Assembly: GCF_006345805.1 (NCBI RefSeq) | Contig: NC_043008.1 | Span: 49,786,001 to 49,850,000, forward strand | Direction of reading: 5' to 3' | Origin: Octopus sinensis | Taxonomy: Eukaryota | DNA: 64,000 nucleotides | Shown here: one piece after another, positions 13,196-26,981 of the stretch | Position numbering within the stretch: position 1 is the stretch's first letter | How the letters are laid out: each line of letters begins with the position of its first letter | Program-made: the position numbers and the translations under genes | Notes under the pieces: generated by a model | Told to the model about the DNA's origin: nothing | The model's input: only the letters and a program-made list of their open reading frames with translations | Database searches by the model: none

Positions 13196-13457
13196 AATAT
13201 TAGGGAATAAATCCAAATTTACAGGGAAAAAATCAGATTTAGGATTAAATCCAATTTTATAGTAAAATATTATAAAATATTATTAGAGACAAAACCACTA
13301 TTTTGCAAAACAAACAAGGAAAGACTTAATCAATACATAAAATTTTAATAATTGTAGTGGCGGTTTTTTTGACTATTTATTAAAATTTTATGTATTGATT
13401 AAGTCTTTCCTTGTTTGTTTTGCAAAATAGTGGTTTTGTCTCTAATAATATTTTATA
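13191..13457. mobile_element. Small foldback: 80-nt tail + 81-bp inverted arms (13271-13351 / 13377-13457), 25-nt spacer, flanked by (AT)n
   Basis: Arms apparently perfect reverse complements; (AT)n at 13130-13190 and 13456-13502; no hammerhead core visible. Confidence 0.85.
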
Positions 13458-13502
<45 letters not shown>

Positions 13503-13506
<4 letters not shown>

Positions 13507-13946
13507 ATTGTATTGGCATCCTTTCTGTCTTGGGAGACAATGGAGTTGCGCATGAAGTAGTCTAGTCCAGCTTTTATATTTCATGTCCTGATACATTTCC
13601 TGCTGTGGCTGTGTAGTCCTATCCTGGACAAACACTCCCTCTGGCAGGTACCGCAAATGTAGCGAAGACTGTTCCTGGCTGGTTGTAGTGCCATAGTCTC
13701 TTGTTTACGTCTCTTCCTTTCTTTCCATTTCTCCTCTCTCTCTCTGTCACTCCTTTGTATTCCCTCTCTTACGGTACGTCGCCATTCTCCACGGTTGCCG
13801 GCAACTGCCTCCCAACCGCTAATATTGATGTTGCAGGCCTTCATGTCCCTTTTGCAAACATCCTTGTAACGTAAGATTGGTCTACCCACAGACCTAGTAC
13901 CCCTAGCAAGCTCTCCGTAGAGTATGTCCTTGGGGATTCTGCCATC

Positions 13947-13950
<4 letters not shown>
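13503..13950 (-). mobile_element. Young RTE/BovB-like LINE 3' fragment embedded in (AT)n
   Basis: Open frame [15 protein letters not shown]...[14 protein letters not shown]...[17 protein letters not shown]; 3' end ccattgtctcccaagacagaaaggatgcc-aatacaatacaa. Confidence 0.9.
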
Positions 13951-13992
<42 letters not shown>

Positions 13993-14165
13993 GCACATAT
14001 ACATTTATACATACATATACACACATACATATATACACTTATACACACACATACATATATGCATTTACATTTACATATATATATGTATATAATATATATA
14101 TACACACACACATATATTATATATATATATATACATACATCCATATATATATATATATACAGATG

Positions 14166-14240
<75 letters not shown>

Positions 14241-14399
14241 GATATATATATATAGGGACCTACGTATATCTTCATTAAGTTTATATTTACATACATCTTT
14301 AGAATGGAAACACTCACTTTAAATAATAAAGTTATCTATTACAAGGTATCAATATAGCAGCCTATTAATTATAACAATTTAAAGGAATCATTTATATCT

Positions 14400-15910
14400 A
14401 GTAAATACATATTTATTTTTATGTGGACAAGAAATGTTTTTTCATCCCTCAGGTTAAGTAAAGGAAATGTGGCCATTCAAACAAAGAAGACACTTCTTAT
14501 TTCTTATATTGTTGCTAGGTGCAGTAACCAAGATATTCCATTTGAAATTAAAATTAATTTTTTATCTTTAAGCTCCCAAATGAATTTACTTAGACCTGTT
14601 AAATTCTGTCTTTTCTTATTTTGAAATATATATAAATGTTTTTGGTGCAAATGGCTTTTTATACAGCACCATGTTTACAATCCTGTAAGTAATAATAATG
14701 GTATCTATAAAGATACCATTAAAGCTTATGGCACTCACAGTGCAATGACTAAGGAATATAGTCTAATAAAGGGGCATGTAAGCCCTTGACAGAAAAAAGA
14801 AGGCTTTTCTATCTGTGTGGGAGGAAAACCTTTTTTCTGTCGAGGGTTTATATGCCCCTTTATTAGATTATTTCCCTTAGTTATTGCTCGGTGACTGCCG
14901 TAAGCTTTAAGGTTATATAAAAATACCATATATAAATGTGTTGATAAATGCTTCTTCATTTCATTTTTAGTTCATCCAATATAAATATATTTATTATTAA
15001 TTTCTGTCGCAACTTTACATTGATATACAACATTTTTCATTTTACATAAATTTTTAACGATACAGCTATCTTTATTTTTACAATCATGTTTTATAACAAC
15101 TGTCATTTATATTAGTTGAGGAAGGGGCTTTATACATTACTGATTCCCGATTGTTATTAATAAAATTTTGTTTATTAATGAAATAACTAGTAGTATTACT
15201 ACTAATATCTTTTACATTAACCCTGGTATTAGGGGAGTTATTATTAGCACATTTTCTATTTGAGTAAAATAAGTCTAATTTTTTAATTATTTGTAGAAGT
15301 TATAATAGTAGCAAAGTTATGAGTTAAACTATATCCTAAGATAGGAATTCATCTTGTATATTAGCCAATAAATATATTTCTACTCTGTCAGTTATTTGCA
15401 TGGAATCTGGCACTCCCATAGATATATCAAAACAGTTATCCTTTCTCACCCATGATTTATTATTGAAGTTTATAACTGATTTATGTGCTGTTAAAATTAC
15501 ATTAATTTCTTTCATGCTAATAGATGTATATTTCTTGACAAATATCAAGGTGCTATTTAAGATAGAGTAATAATTGTCAATATCTATTTGCAGAAATTTA
15601 TGTTTATATTTATTATTTATATTTGAGAACCATTTAATAGTATTCTGGGCATTTGACCATAATTGTAGTGTGATCTTATTTTTCAAGATCAGTATGTATT
15701 TATCTAAAATTATCTTGCTAAGATTTATTAGGACAGATTAATCTAACCCTTGTATCAATATGAAAATTCTCCTTATGGTCCTTAATTGTAATCCATGGTT
15801 TACTAGGTATTAATGGTTCTGTTTTATCCTCTATATTATAATTTTCCATAATTTTTTTAGCCTCTAGGTTAATTTGTCTAAGGGTATTATTAGGAACTGT
15901 CTTATATATC
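14400..15910 (-). mobile_element. Old degenerate Naiad-like Penelope element (RT to GIY-YIG)
   Basis: ITIKDHKENF..RLICPNK, QIDIDNYY, FDISMGVPD RT motifs; TGLSKFIWELKD...KWNIL...KCLLC endonuclease C-terminus near 14490-14610. Confidence 0.8.
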
Positions 15911-17124
15911 CACCCCGGCAAGCAACATCTTCTCCTCTCCAACATGGACCAGTTCCAACAGGGAGTTGGATGAAGTTCTCCAACACTGGAGGGAACTGGG
16001 CTCATCTGTTCCTGAGAAGGTGGAGGACTGTTGAAGTCAGAGAGCTTGGGACAGCATAATTTCAAAGGCCATCTTTGACTCCTTTTTCATCCAGTTGGAC
16101 CAGTTTTCAAGGTGCCACTTACTGTCTGCTAGCGTCAAATACTCAAGTGACTAGAATGGTGCCATCCCTGTGGCTAATATTGGTGGCCTACTCAGTTTGG
16201 ACGAACTTTGTGTCTCTATTTTTCAATTGTGTTCTCTTTTTTGTCCAATTTTCTAGTTTGATTTTGTAAAATGTATATAAATAAAAAATCTTTAATAACC
16301 AACTCCATCAGTTTTTCAACAATGTTTAAAAAATAAAAAGCAGGAAAACTAAATATTAAGATGATGATGATGATATATTGACCGTTCACAGTGAGGATAT
16401 TGTTTTTTTTTTTTATTTAATCAGAATGGGGTGTGAGATCAAAAGAGTTACAAAGTGTTGCTTTAAATGAATAAAAATTCGAACCACCCCCTGTAAAGAG
16501 ACTGTGATTACTGGTTCAACCTCAAGTATCCCCTGCTTTCCAAATTTCGATCAGTTTTTCACTGTCTTCGATGAATTTATCAACATATTTTGTCCCTGAC
16601 GTCGATGATGTTGTGAATTTCTGCTGCAAACGAGTGGACTTGAAATCATCTTCACATCACAACTTTCTATCTTATAAATCGAAGGTTACAGACAAAATGG
16701 ACTGGCCAAAGCTTGAATGCTTTAGATCATAAAACCACTCTTTACGGGTCCACCTCGGCCTAAACAGCTATGATAGATATAAAAACACACACTTTGAAGT
16801 GTAAAGGTATTGCAATATACACAAATTGTTATGCCGGGCTCCATGCATTAAACCATACTATACCTAGCTAAAAGTGCATAAATTAATCTTAAGGGTCAGG
16901 GGAAATAACTCATCAAAATTATTTTAGAGTAATCTCCTTCACCCATGTTGAAATAACCTTATGGTCTGGGACAACGTTTCACCATCGCTTTTTTACCTAC
17001 GGACCCCTTTGATTCCTATTTTACCTGGATGGACCTTCATAGCCATCCAATGTTTACAAACTCATATTATATTTTTATAATTAAATATTATTAGGAATAA
17101 TATAAACAAAATTGTTAAAATATA

Positions 17125-17525
17125 GGCGAAGGATTGGCTGTGCGGTAAGTAGCTTGCTTACGAACCACATGGTTCCGAGTTCAGTCCCACTGCGTGGTAC
17201 CTTGGGCACGTGTCTTCTACTATACCCTCCGGCCGATTAAAGCCTTGTGAGTGTATTTGGTAGACGGAAACTGAAAGAAGCCTGTCGTATGTATATATAT
17301 ATGTGTAGTTGTGTGTGTGTGTGTCTGTGTTTGTTCCCCCAACGACGCTTGACAACCGATGCTGGTGTGTTTACGTTCCTGTAACTCGGCGGTTCGGCAA
17401 AAGATACCGATAGAATAAGAACTAGGCTTACAAAGAAGAAGTCCTGGGGTCGATTTGCTCGACTAAAGGCAGTGCTCCAGCATGGTCGCAGTCAAATGAC
17501 TGAAACAAGTAAAAGAATAAAAGAA
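17125..17525 (+). mobile_element. tRNA-derived octopus SINE, family A (representative; further copies near 4165-4440, 27836-27985, 28930-29300, 30060-30220, 33280-33425, 38420-38630, 39750-40360, 45910-46130, 48835-48975, 57135-57280, 59325-59705, 62110-62270, 63440-63800)
   Basis: A/B-box-like tggctgtgcggtaag ... ggttccgagttcagtccc; body gtggatttggtagacggaaactgaaagaag; internal microsatellite; many dispersed copies. Confidence 0.85.
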
Positions 17526-17599
17526 TAATCCCTCGCAATATCGCGGTTCACCTATCATGGTTTACGTTTGAGTTCATGGTTGGAGCAAAGCAGCTGAAA

Positions 17600-17960
17600 A
17601 TAGTCGCATATTTATTTTTGCCAATGCAGGTACGCAATGATGAGTCTTTCACTAATGCCAACAGGCAGAGATTCAAGTTGATTCACCTGGTCATTCTGAA
17701 TGGCAAACCCAACACCTGCTCTTTCTTTATTTCCTGAGGTTTGCCCATCCAGAAAAAGTGTATCTACCATGACTTCCTGTAGCTGACCACAGTCCACAAA
17801 TCTGGTTTCTGAAAGAGCTGCTACCCTAATGTTTTTTTCCTTCAAGATATAGGCAACCAAAGCTGTCCTATGTTCTATATTTTTCTTGCAGTCCTGAAGA
17901 GGTCTCACATTCCAAGATGCAATAAAAAAGTTTTTTGCTTTCAATTTGCTTAATTTTCTG
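17600..17960 (-). mobile_element. RTE-like LINE 5' fragment (AP endonuclease)
   Basis: IASWNVRPL..RTALVA..IRVAALSETR..AGVGFAI APE motifs. Confidence 0.85.
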
Positions 17961-18749
17961 GTGCAGTTTTGGGTGCCCAGACATTTGCACCTAATGACAA
18001 GGTTGCATTTTCTTGACCCCCTCCTCCATAGGAGAAAAACAGTGCCATCCTAAACAGGGATGTTTTGTTGTGAAAGGAGGACATGAATTAGACAATTACC
18101 TTTCACCACCTATGTGTAAAGTTCAAGCTAAGAACTTCCAGTGACACCCTTCCCCTGTTCCCATCACTACCCCTACATCATCATTGGATTTTTGTCTTTT
18201 GGGTTGGGTACACTCTTGCCATGAAAACATGATGGTGCTATTTGCTGATAGTGTTTTACAGAACTACCTCCACATGGTTTTTTTTCATAGTTGTCATTGC
18301 TTGTGCAGCACAATGCACACTTTCTCCATCAAAAAAGCATTTACCTGTACTGGTGCACAGTGTGAAACATGTCAGGTGCTAAATTGATGGCAGATTTGAG
18401 AACAAAGTGGTCTTCTCCTAGTCTAGTTGCTCAAAAGCTACAGAGCTACAGTAAAAATTTTCTTGTTCTGTACATTACCAGATGTAATAATTTGTCTTGA
18501 ACTTTTCCAGGTTTATGATCTTAAGAATATTATTCCTCTTGCTCACATTTTTCCATGTAATATTTGTATGTTGGTTAATGTCAAGCACATGAGAGTGAAG
18601 CCTTCAGCTATGTTGTAGAGGATTTTCAATCTGAACAGCATGGCTTCAAATTTGAGTTGCAAAACAATATTTCAATTAAAAAAAAAAAAACTACACACAC
18701 ACACTCACACAGATGTATATCTACATATATTTATATGTATCAATATCAG

Positions 18750-19280
18750 TTCATCCTGTGTGCTTGAATACATTGGCCAGTAAGTTGGTGCCATTAGTTT
18801 CTGTTGGCTGTGGTTCTTTCTGCATCTGCCGACATGATACCAGCCTCTCTTATGCTGGTTATCAATGTTCTTTGCTATGTAGTTTTCTCTCTACCTTTCT
18901 TTCTTTTTACCTCTCTGTTGTGTTCCATTTCAAAGCTGTTTTTGAATGGTGTTGTTTAGGTAATGAATGTATGTGACCTGCTAGTCTCAATCTCCATTCT
19001 GTGACTCTTTCACCAAGTGGTCTTGTGTTGGCTCCCTTTAGAATATTTTCACTTGTTACGTGGTCTTGCCAATATATTCTCAAAATCCTCAATTATCTTT
19101 GATGGAAGACATTTATCTTTCTGTTGATTTTCACTCTTCTATGTGTCACTAGCATAGAGAACTGTTGGTCAAACCATGCTGTTATAGAGCTTGGTCTTTG
19201 TGTGTAGCCTGATGGTGTTGAAGGACCAGATAGTGCACATTCTCTGCAATACAACCGTCATATGTATATCCTACTACACT
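18750..19280 (-). mobile_element. RTE-like LINE RT C-terminal fragment
   Basis: LRIYWQDHVTSENIL..RLRLAGHI..PKTALKW-like motif. Confidence 0.7.
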
Positions 19281-19690
19281 TGTCCTAGACCCAGAACAGA
19301 AAGCCAATTGTAAAACTTACAGGAGAAAGATGGCAATTGACATGACCCAGCAATGACAGACTCTGATGAAAGCCTGTTCTTGAGCAAGACACTTCATTTC
19401 ATGTTGCTCTAGTTCACTTAGCTGTAGAAATGATCTGCAATGTCATTAGTGCCAAGCTGTATTAACCTTTGCCTTTCTGTTGGATAACATTGGTGGCATG
19501 GAGAGGGGAGGCTGGTATGCATGGGCGACTGCTGGTCTTCTATAAACCTTACCCAGACTTGTGCCTCAGAGAGTAGCTTTCTAGGTGCAATCCCATGCTT
19601 TTCATAACTGAAGGTGATCTTTACACTTTGTGCCCCAGCATGGCCACGACCTTCGGGCTAAAACATTTTTAAGGATTTAAGGATATATAA

Positions 19691-19860
19691 CTGGAGAGTT
19701 AGGTAACAGTCTGATTATGTAACCCTGCACTCATCAGAGGTAGCCATTATGGAATGAAATATGGCGACTCCCTGATGAGCACAGGGTTACATAATCAGAC
19801 TGTTACCTAACTCTCCATTGCACCCATAGGGCAAAACTAATAGGTAAGATTAGCCGTAAT
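19691..19860. mobile_element. 170-bp foldback element with tail and 10-bp flanking direct repeat
   Basis: Arms about 19692-19747 / 19761-19817; ggatatataa at 19681-19690 and 19861-19870. Confidence 0.65.
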
Positions 19861-20300
19861 GGATATATAATACGGTACACTTCAATTCATATACCTACTC
19901 TACTGATAGATATAAGAGTGCATTTTTATCTAACTAATGAACTCTTAGATGATTTACATACACACACACACACACACACGCTCAAGTACAAATGCATGAG
20001 TGTGTCTGTCAGTGGGTGGAGTTTTAGATATTTTGTACTTTGCTATGTCCCTTTGTGTGTGTGTGTGTGTGAAAGAAAAAAAGGGATATTGTAATATTCA
20101 TGAATGATTTTTAAATGATTTTTAAAAATCGAGAAACCAGTTAAAAAGTAGACAGATCACTGCCATAAAAAAATATCTATTTTAAAATATTTCTAGCCAT
20201 TTTTATTTAATACTTAATGTATATTCACACAGTTTTTTTAATTTCTTCCATTTTAAAAAATTTGTTTCTTAATTCCAAATAGCAAATTTCTGTGTTTGTC

Positions 20301-20870
20301 TGACGTCACTTAAATTGAAATGTGAGCCAGGTCTTTGCTGTCTGCAGTTGAATATTACCAGCAATCATACATACAATTGACCTTGAGAGAACGTCAAGGA
20401 CGTTCAGCGTCAAACGACCTTGTCACCTCCCTTCCTGCCTCACTAATAGTCTCTTACTCTCTCTCTCTCTCTCTCTTTCTGTCTTTCCTTTTACTTCAGC
20501 AACAGTCACTCTTACAGTTTAATTCTTCCTCTCTCCCTTACCTCTCTATCTGTGTAACAGAGTCTCTTTCCCTCTCTAAAAAGTAGCTCTCACCCTTACC
20601 TCCCTCTCTCTCAAAGTAGCACTGTCCTTCAAACACGCTCTCCTTCCCTCTCTATCAAAACACTACGTCTCGCTCTTACCTTCCTCTCTCTCTCTCAGAG
20701 TAACAGTCTCTCGAGCACTTCTCCTCCCTTCTATATCACAACAATATCTCTCACTCATTCTCTCCTCTACCTCCTCCTCTCTTTGCTCGTGCAACAGTAT
20801 CTCTCTCTCTCTATCCCTCTGCCTCTCTTACTCTTTCCTCCTCTCTTTGTCACAGCAACAGTCACACTAA
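20301..20870 (+). promoter_or_regulatory. Putative TPI promoter: CRE palindrome plus CT-rich tract
   Basis: TGACGTCA at 20301-20308; ~420-bp polypyrimidine tract with AACAGT at 20501, 20702, 20793, 20857 directly upstream of the ATG. Confidence 0.5.
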
Positions 20871-20943
20871 GAGACAGTGTTTGATTGCTTTCAGCCCATT
20901 GTAAGCTGTTTTAAAGAGACAGAAACATCAGACATCAATCACC

Positions 20944-21052
20944 ATGGGTCGAAAATTCTTCGTTGGAGGCAACTGGAAGTTAAATGGCAACAAAAAAAGT
21001 ATCGATGGCATCATAGAATTTATGAATGCTGGTCCTCTCAATGCCGACACTG
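20944..21052 (+). CDS. TPI1: Triosephosphate isomerase exon 1
   Basis: [24 protein letters not shown]..., catalytic K12; donor gtcagt; phase 1. Confidence 0.97.
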
Positions 21053-24000
21053 GTCAGTCCACTGTTTATTATCTCTTCTTTTAGACGATCTCTGACCATT
21101 TATTTCTTAACCGTCAACGTTTGCAATCTAGACAAGCTTATTTTATTCTCTTTGGTTTATCTAAATGTTCTATCGATCGGTTGATTCATCTGATAATATT
21201 TAAACATCAACAGACGTTTCGTGTGTATATACGAATAGACATCCAAAATACCTTTACATATATGTGTGTGTGTGTACGTATATAAGTACACATATTCTCA
21301 TATACGTATGACAAAAAATCACAAAAAAAACCCCTGCATATCCAGAGATCTACACGCACACATATACACACATATATACACGTGCACACACACATATATA
21401 TACATACATGTATATATACACACACACACACACACCAAAGTTCCAAGGTTAATTTATTCTGAGAGGTAGGAAGTAGAAAATTTAATCAAGTGGTTTCACT
21501 TGAGTCTATCACTTATTGTTATCAATATAATTATCCATGTATCGAATTCGGCAGGATTCGAACGTATGTCGGAGAAGACCTTGATATCGTAACGTATTTG
21601 AAGTCCCAAGAACAGTTTTAATCGAAACGGGAGTCATGAGAATTTCCTCCGAGAGACCTCGATTTACCGTTATCATTGCTATTTTATTTTAAACTTGTGC
21701 TTTCGCTAAATATTGGAAGACGCATGAACGCCTCACAATCTCCTAAATATAGCATTGGCCGTGTACCAGTCTATATAAAAATCTCAGTAATTTTAAATAT
21801 ATTTCTAACCCCTAACGCTGTTCACCATTTCACATCACATTATTGTTACAAGAGCAACGAAGGCGCTTCTATGCGGCTGCCCAACCGGCTAGAAATAACA
21901 ACTAAATTTCCTTCAAACTCTACGCCCTTCTGGAAAAAGGACTCCTTTAGACATAACAGTGTAGTCCCTAATAAACAAAAGGATAGGATGTCATGACTGG
22001 AGCGCTTTTGATTACAAGTCTACTCGATCAGAGTGACCTGGGTCAAGCCCCTTGTTTTCCTTTATTTTTTTTTGTATTTTTGTTAGGTCAGTTCTCTCGT
22101 TAACCTGGAAGAATGAAGTTGAAATGAAGAAAATACGATAATCACTAACGCCTTATTGAAGAATTAACTATTGCAAATGCATTGAGTTCTAAATTTCGTT
22201 TGATTTAGATATATCTGCATATGACGGGAAAACCTACACACACACACACACACATTAATTTATGTGTGCATATGCATATATTTCCATATGTGTGTATTTT
22301 AGGTGTCTGTGCGCGTGCTTGCTTTCCGTATCCATTAGTGTGTGTGTGTTTGCATCCCTTCAGTTTAATTAATTGCTACCCAATAATTGGCACACTCTGC
22401 AATTATCTACCCCATTTCATATAATGACCAGTAAATATTTACTAAAGAAACTGTCTAGTTTAATTTCCTCTTCTCTCTCTCTCTCGGCCATTTCTACTTT
22501 TTTCCTGTATTTTATTTTTTATTCTTTTAAATAATTGAATATAATCTAAATAAATTTTAAATAATACACAGGGAAATCAGCCAATGTAAGAATTTAAAAA
22601 AAAAATTATTTTTATTCATTCGGTAATTCTTCATCTTTGGTTGAGAAGGCTGTGCGCTTTCATTCTTAATAATAATCTTTTCTCTTATAGGTACAGGGTC
22701 GGAAATTCTCGGGGAGGGAGATAGTCGATTACTTCGACTTCATTTCTCAACTGGTAAAGGATTGAAAAACTAAGTCAACGTCGGCAGTACTTAAAGACGG
22801 ACGAAATGCTGCTAAGCATTTTGTCCGGGATGCCAACCATTCTGCCTACTCGCCATATGACCTGTCTGTGTTTTAAGGAAAGATTATTATTATTATAAAG
22901 CCGAATGGTAAGAGTATTTAGGCAAAATGCTTTGCAATATATCTTCGGATTCGTTACGTTCTGGGGTCAAATAAGTACCAGTTGAACACAGGGGTTGAAT
23001 TGCTGGCCATGTGCTAAAATATGAAACCATTATTATTCAGGGCGTGGGGAGCGACGCCCTCGACCTTTTGTAAATGCGACCTTGACCTACTTGAACATAG
23101 AGTAGGAAAGAAATTTTGGCGAAAAGGAAATGTCAGCGAGATGCATTTCTGTGAAGAAATAGTTATGAAATTATGAAGGTATATGCGTTGGGTGGGGGTG
23201 GGGTGGAGATAAGCAGACAGACAGACAGAAAGTAAGGATGATAAGAGGTGGAGGAGAAACGGGTATATGGGATGGCCTTGAATGGAAGTGGTATGCAACT
23301 CATTAATTTAGTTGCAGTGGAAGGAGGCGTAGTGTGGTGGCAACATCGTTTTACCTTGATATGTGAGTAGTAGTAGTAGTATTCACTATGAGAAGGGTTT
23401 CGACCGGTTTTAAAGAAAAGAAAAGGGTATCCAAGAGAGGAACAAATATGTGAAAATAGAAAGAAATTTTTTTCAGAATCTTAACATCTTAATTTTCGTG
23501 ATATGAAACACAAACGAGAAAAAAGTACGATAAAGCGAAAGGGGAAAAACTCCGTTACCCTTCCACGAAGTATGAGACTTCGAAGGAGAGCGATTCCAAA
23601 ACTCTGCGAGGCTCTGTAAAACTAATTACCTTGTCGATAATAATCTTTCCCCAGTCCAATTATTTGCTAATCATAATTAACCCTTTATAGAAATAAGGTG
23701 AATCGGGAAAATGAGATGGTATGGCGTGCATGCTTTTCTCAAGGACATTTAGTTATTTAAAAGTACGCTTTAACTCTTCAACAGACTGCCTGATAGATTC
23801 TTTCGAATAACCCAACCACTATAATTAAGTTTTGTATGCTTTTATTTATAGAAATATCGAAAAAATACCTTATATTCATCTTGTCTAAAAAAAAATGTAA
23901 TTATAACCAGTCTAAAGCTGCTGAATGCTATTAATCGTTGGCATGTCTACACATTAGTACCCCACCAATTTTGTTCTTTCATAACTTTATGGAAAATGTA

Positions 24001-24738
24001 TATTTTCTTTCTTTCTAAGGAAATTTTACAGCGATTCGTTTTCAAGGGTGTATTTTACGATTATGTTGATTTAAAAAATGCGAAAAATGAAATTTTTTTT
24101 ACGAGTCTTTAATCATTTATTCCATCCCATCCCCAACATATTATCACTAATTTTTCATAATTTTAGCGTTTTTTTCACGTTTCTGTTTTTCAGATTTACG
24201 TTTAAAACACCAACATTACGTAATCTACCCCCTCGAAAATGTAAAATGTCATTTAAAAGAATGTATTTTAAAGAGAGCCGCAAGATAACAAAGTCGAGAC
24301 GGGGGAAAATAATCTAAATTCCCCAAATAAAATATTAATGTTATCAACATAATCGTAATCTACATCCTCGAAAACTCACCTCTACAAAGTTTCATCTAAA
24401 AATATGCATCTTTCAGATAAGTTATGCGGAAATGAAATCAGTTATGCACTTCTCTGTAGTTATGCCGTCTAATCGAAGTTCCTATTATTGATTTCGTGGA
24501 AGTATATTTAGATTTACAAATGATGCTTTTTATTCATCCATCTGTCTGTGTGTCTATCTATCCATCTCTCTTGGTACAGTCCTCTGGCTTGCCAGTTCCT
24601 GTCAAACTGTCCAACCCATGCCATCATGGAAGGCAAACATTAAATAAGAATGATGATGAAAATATTAGGGTGTATTTAATCTGCGGTATTCCGTGTCTGT
24701 AGTATGAATGGACAGCTGAATGTTCTGTGGTATTTTTG

Positions 24739-25197
24739 ACTAGCAGCATAGCCCGGCGTTGCCCGGGTATGTAAGAGCCCCTAGTAGGCAACGACTAATC
24801 CCAATCTAGTCCTTTCCCTCTAGGGAACGAAGGCGCATGTGTAGGTTGCAATGTCTTCTCTTCACTCGAATACTTCTGTGTATATGATGTTCCTAGCTGT
24901 CCCTTTGGGCGAAAACATGAAAACATCATTGCGCCTCCCAACGCGTGAACAGCTCATGTACAGCCCAGAAAATGTGTTGCATATAAAAAGCTTAGATTCT
25001 CGACCCCATGTCGAATTTATCGATTTTTTCAGAACTGGGGGAACTTTTCAAAATTTTCGCTGCATTAGTTTTGAGTTATGACATTGTGCTATGTGTGTGT
25101 CAAGTTTCATCAGAATCGGTTGAAAGCCGTGGTCAGGGTGAGGGTACAACCTCACAGACACACAGACAGACAAACTGCCGTTTATATAGCGAGAGAT
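24739..25197 (+). mobile_element. Non-autonomous Helitron-like (Lep1/DINE-type) element
   Basis: 5' actagcagcatagcccggcgttgcccggg; 3' (CAGA)n then aactgccgtttatatagcgagagat. Confidence 0.6.
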
Positions 25198-26795
25198 TGG
25201 TAGGGCTTGCAGGGGAGACAGATGATGTTTTGAGGTTTCTATGGAAGCTGGGTGGCTGTGTGGTTCTGTCTCTAAAGAAAGTGAGGAAAGCAGAGTAGCC
25301 AGTGGCATGTATGTGAACAACATAAACAAATACAGGCTTATTAAGATACGATACAACTTTATTAAAATTATCTCTTGTCTTTAGAGGTGTATTGTTATCA
25401 AATCACAATTAAGACCAGTCCCACTTGAGAAGTGGAGATAATTTCATGAATCAAGAATATCTCCAAAAGTGACATGACATTAAGAAAAAATACAAGCTTT
25501 TTGTTTGGAGGTAAGCAGAAAGTTATGGGTACATGTTTCTGCCTCAGTAAGCATCATCAGCCCAAAAATTATCCTCTACTCTTCTTGTATAAGTCCAAGT
25601 CCTTTGACTACTGCGGATCAGGCTGGTGCTAATGGAGGCTATTAAACCAGAAGCACATATCCATTACTATCTCTGGCCAATCCCCTCCCCAAGTGGAACT
25701 GGTCTTAATCGTCATTTGGTAATTGTGATACATCCTATAGAGAGGGAGATCATTTTTATAAATCAAGAATTGTTTTTGTATGGTACTTGATATACCTGTA
25801 ATTGTTTATGTAATAGCAGGGTAGACAGATGTTCTATGGTATCCATAGTAAGCAGAGAAATCAGGGTAGATGAATGTTTAACTGTGTCTAATTCAGTGAT
25901 TTAAATCCCAATACAGTTCTTTTTGTTTTGTATTGTTTTTATTAACATCAGACTTGTCTTAATTCAAACAAATGTGTTATCAGAGACATTCTATTTCTAC
26001 CTTTTTTTTTTCATTATTGGTATATTTAGGACCACCTTATTTGATGTATCCTTTGTTTTTTAAAGATAGTAATAGATGTGTGATATGATGAGCATTTGGC
26101 TGCTATTTCTAGCACATTGAGCACCCACTTAAAGTCTCCTTTCTCAGTTTATTTCGCAAGTATAAGATAGTAGAAATGAGTTTTGACTCCATTTTAAATT
26201 TTGCAAAATGGTGCTTGTACTTTGTCAGTAAAAAATGACAATTTCTAGGTCATAAAGAAAGTTTAAATGTTATCAGATCAGTATTAGCAGCTTTGTATGT
26301 GTATGTGTGTTTTATCTTATATTTAAATAAGAAAAAGTCAAGAAAGATCAACCTTATTCTAATGTTTTCTTAACATTGTACCAAATAAAATACCTCACCA
26401 TGTGATAGTTTTGATGTTTGCCTTCTATTAAATGTAATTACAAATTTGGAAACTTTACAATATATGCATTTTGTTTTCTTCAAAAATCATCATCATTTAA
26501 CGTCCATTTTCCATGCTGGCATGAGTTGGACAGTGTGACATGAGCTGGCAAGCTGGAGAACTGTACCAGGCTTCTAATTGTCTGTTTTGGCATGGTTTCT
26601 ACAATCAGATGCCCTTCCTAACACCAACCACTTTACAGAGTGTACTGGGTGCTTTTCATGTAATACAATTTTGAAGTTTTGGAAAATTTTCTATAAACTC
26701 TCAAATGAAAAAATAATTAGGAAAATTAAGCTGTCTTGTTGTAGCTTATAATTTTCTGTTAAGTTCTATTATTGTAAATTTTTGATTAATTTTAA

Positions 26796-26981
<186 letters not shown>

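Noticed and set aside
13581-14322. 218-aa and 132-aa ORFs rich in Y/I/H/T
   Set aside because: Mostly translated (AT)n/(AC)n microsatellite; only the RTE part is real. The same applies to most YIYI/HTHT ORFs in the track.
15911-16200. GC-richer block abutting the old Naiad 5' end
   Set aside because: Stops in all frames and no motif I can assign; probably another TE fragment.
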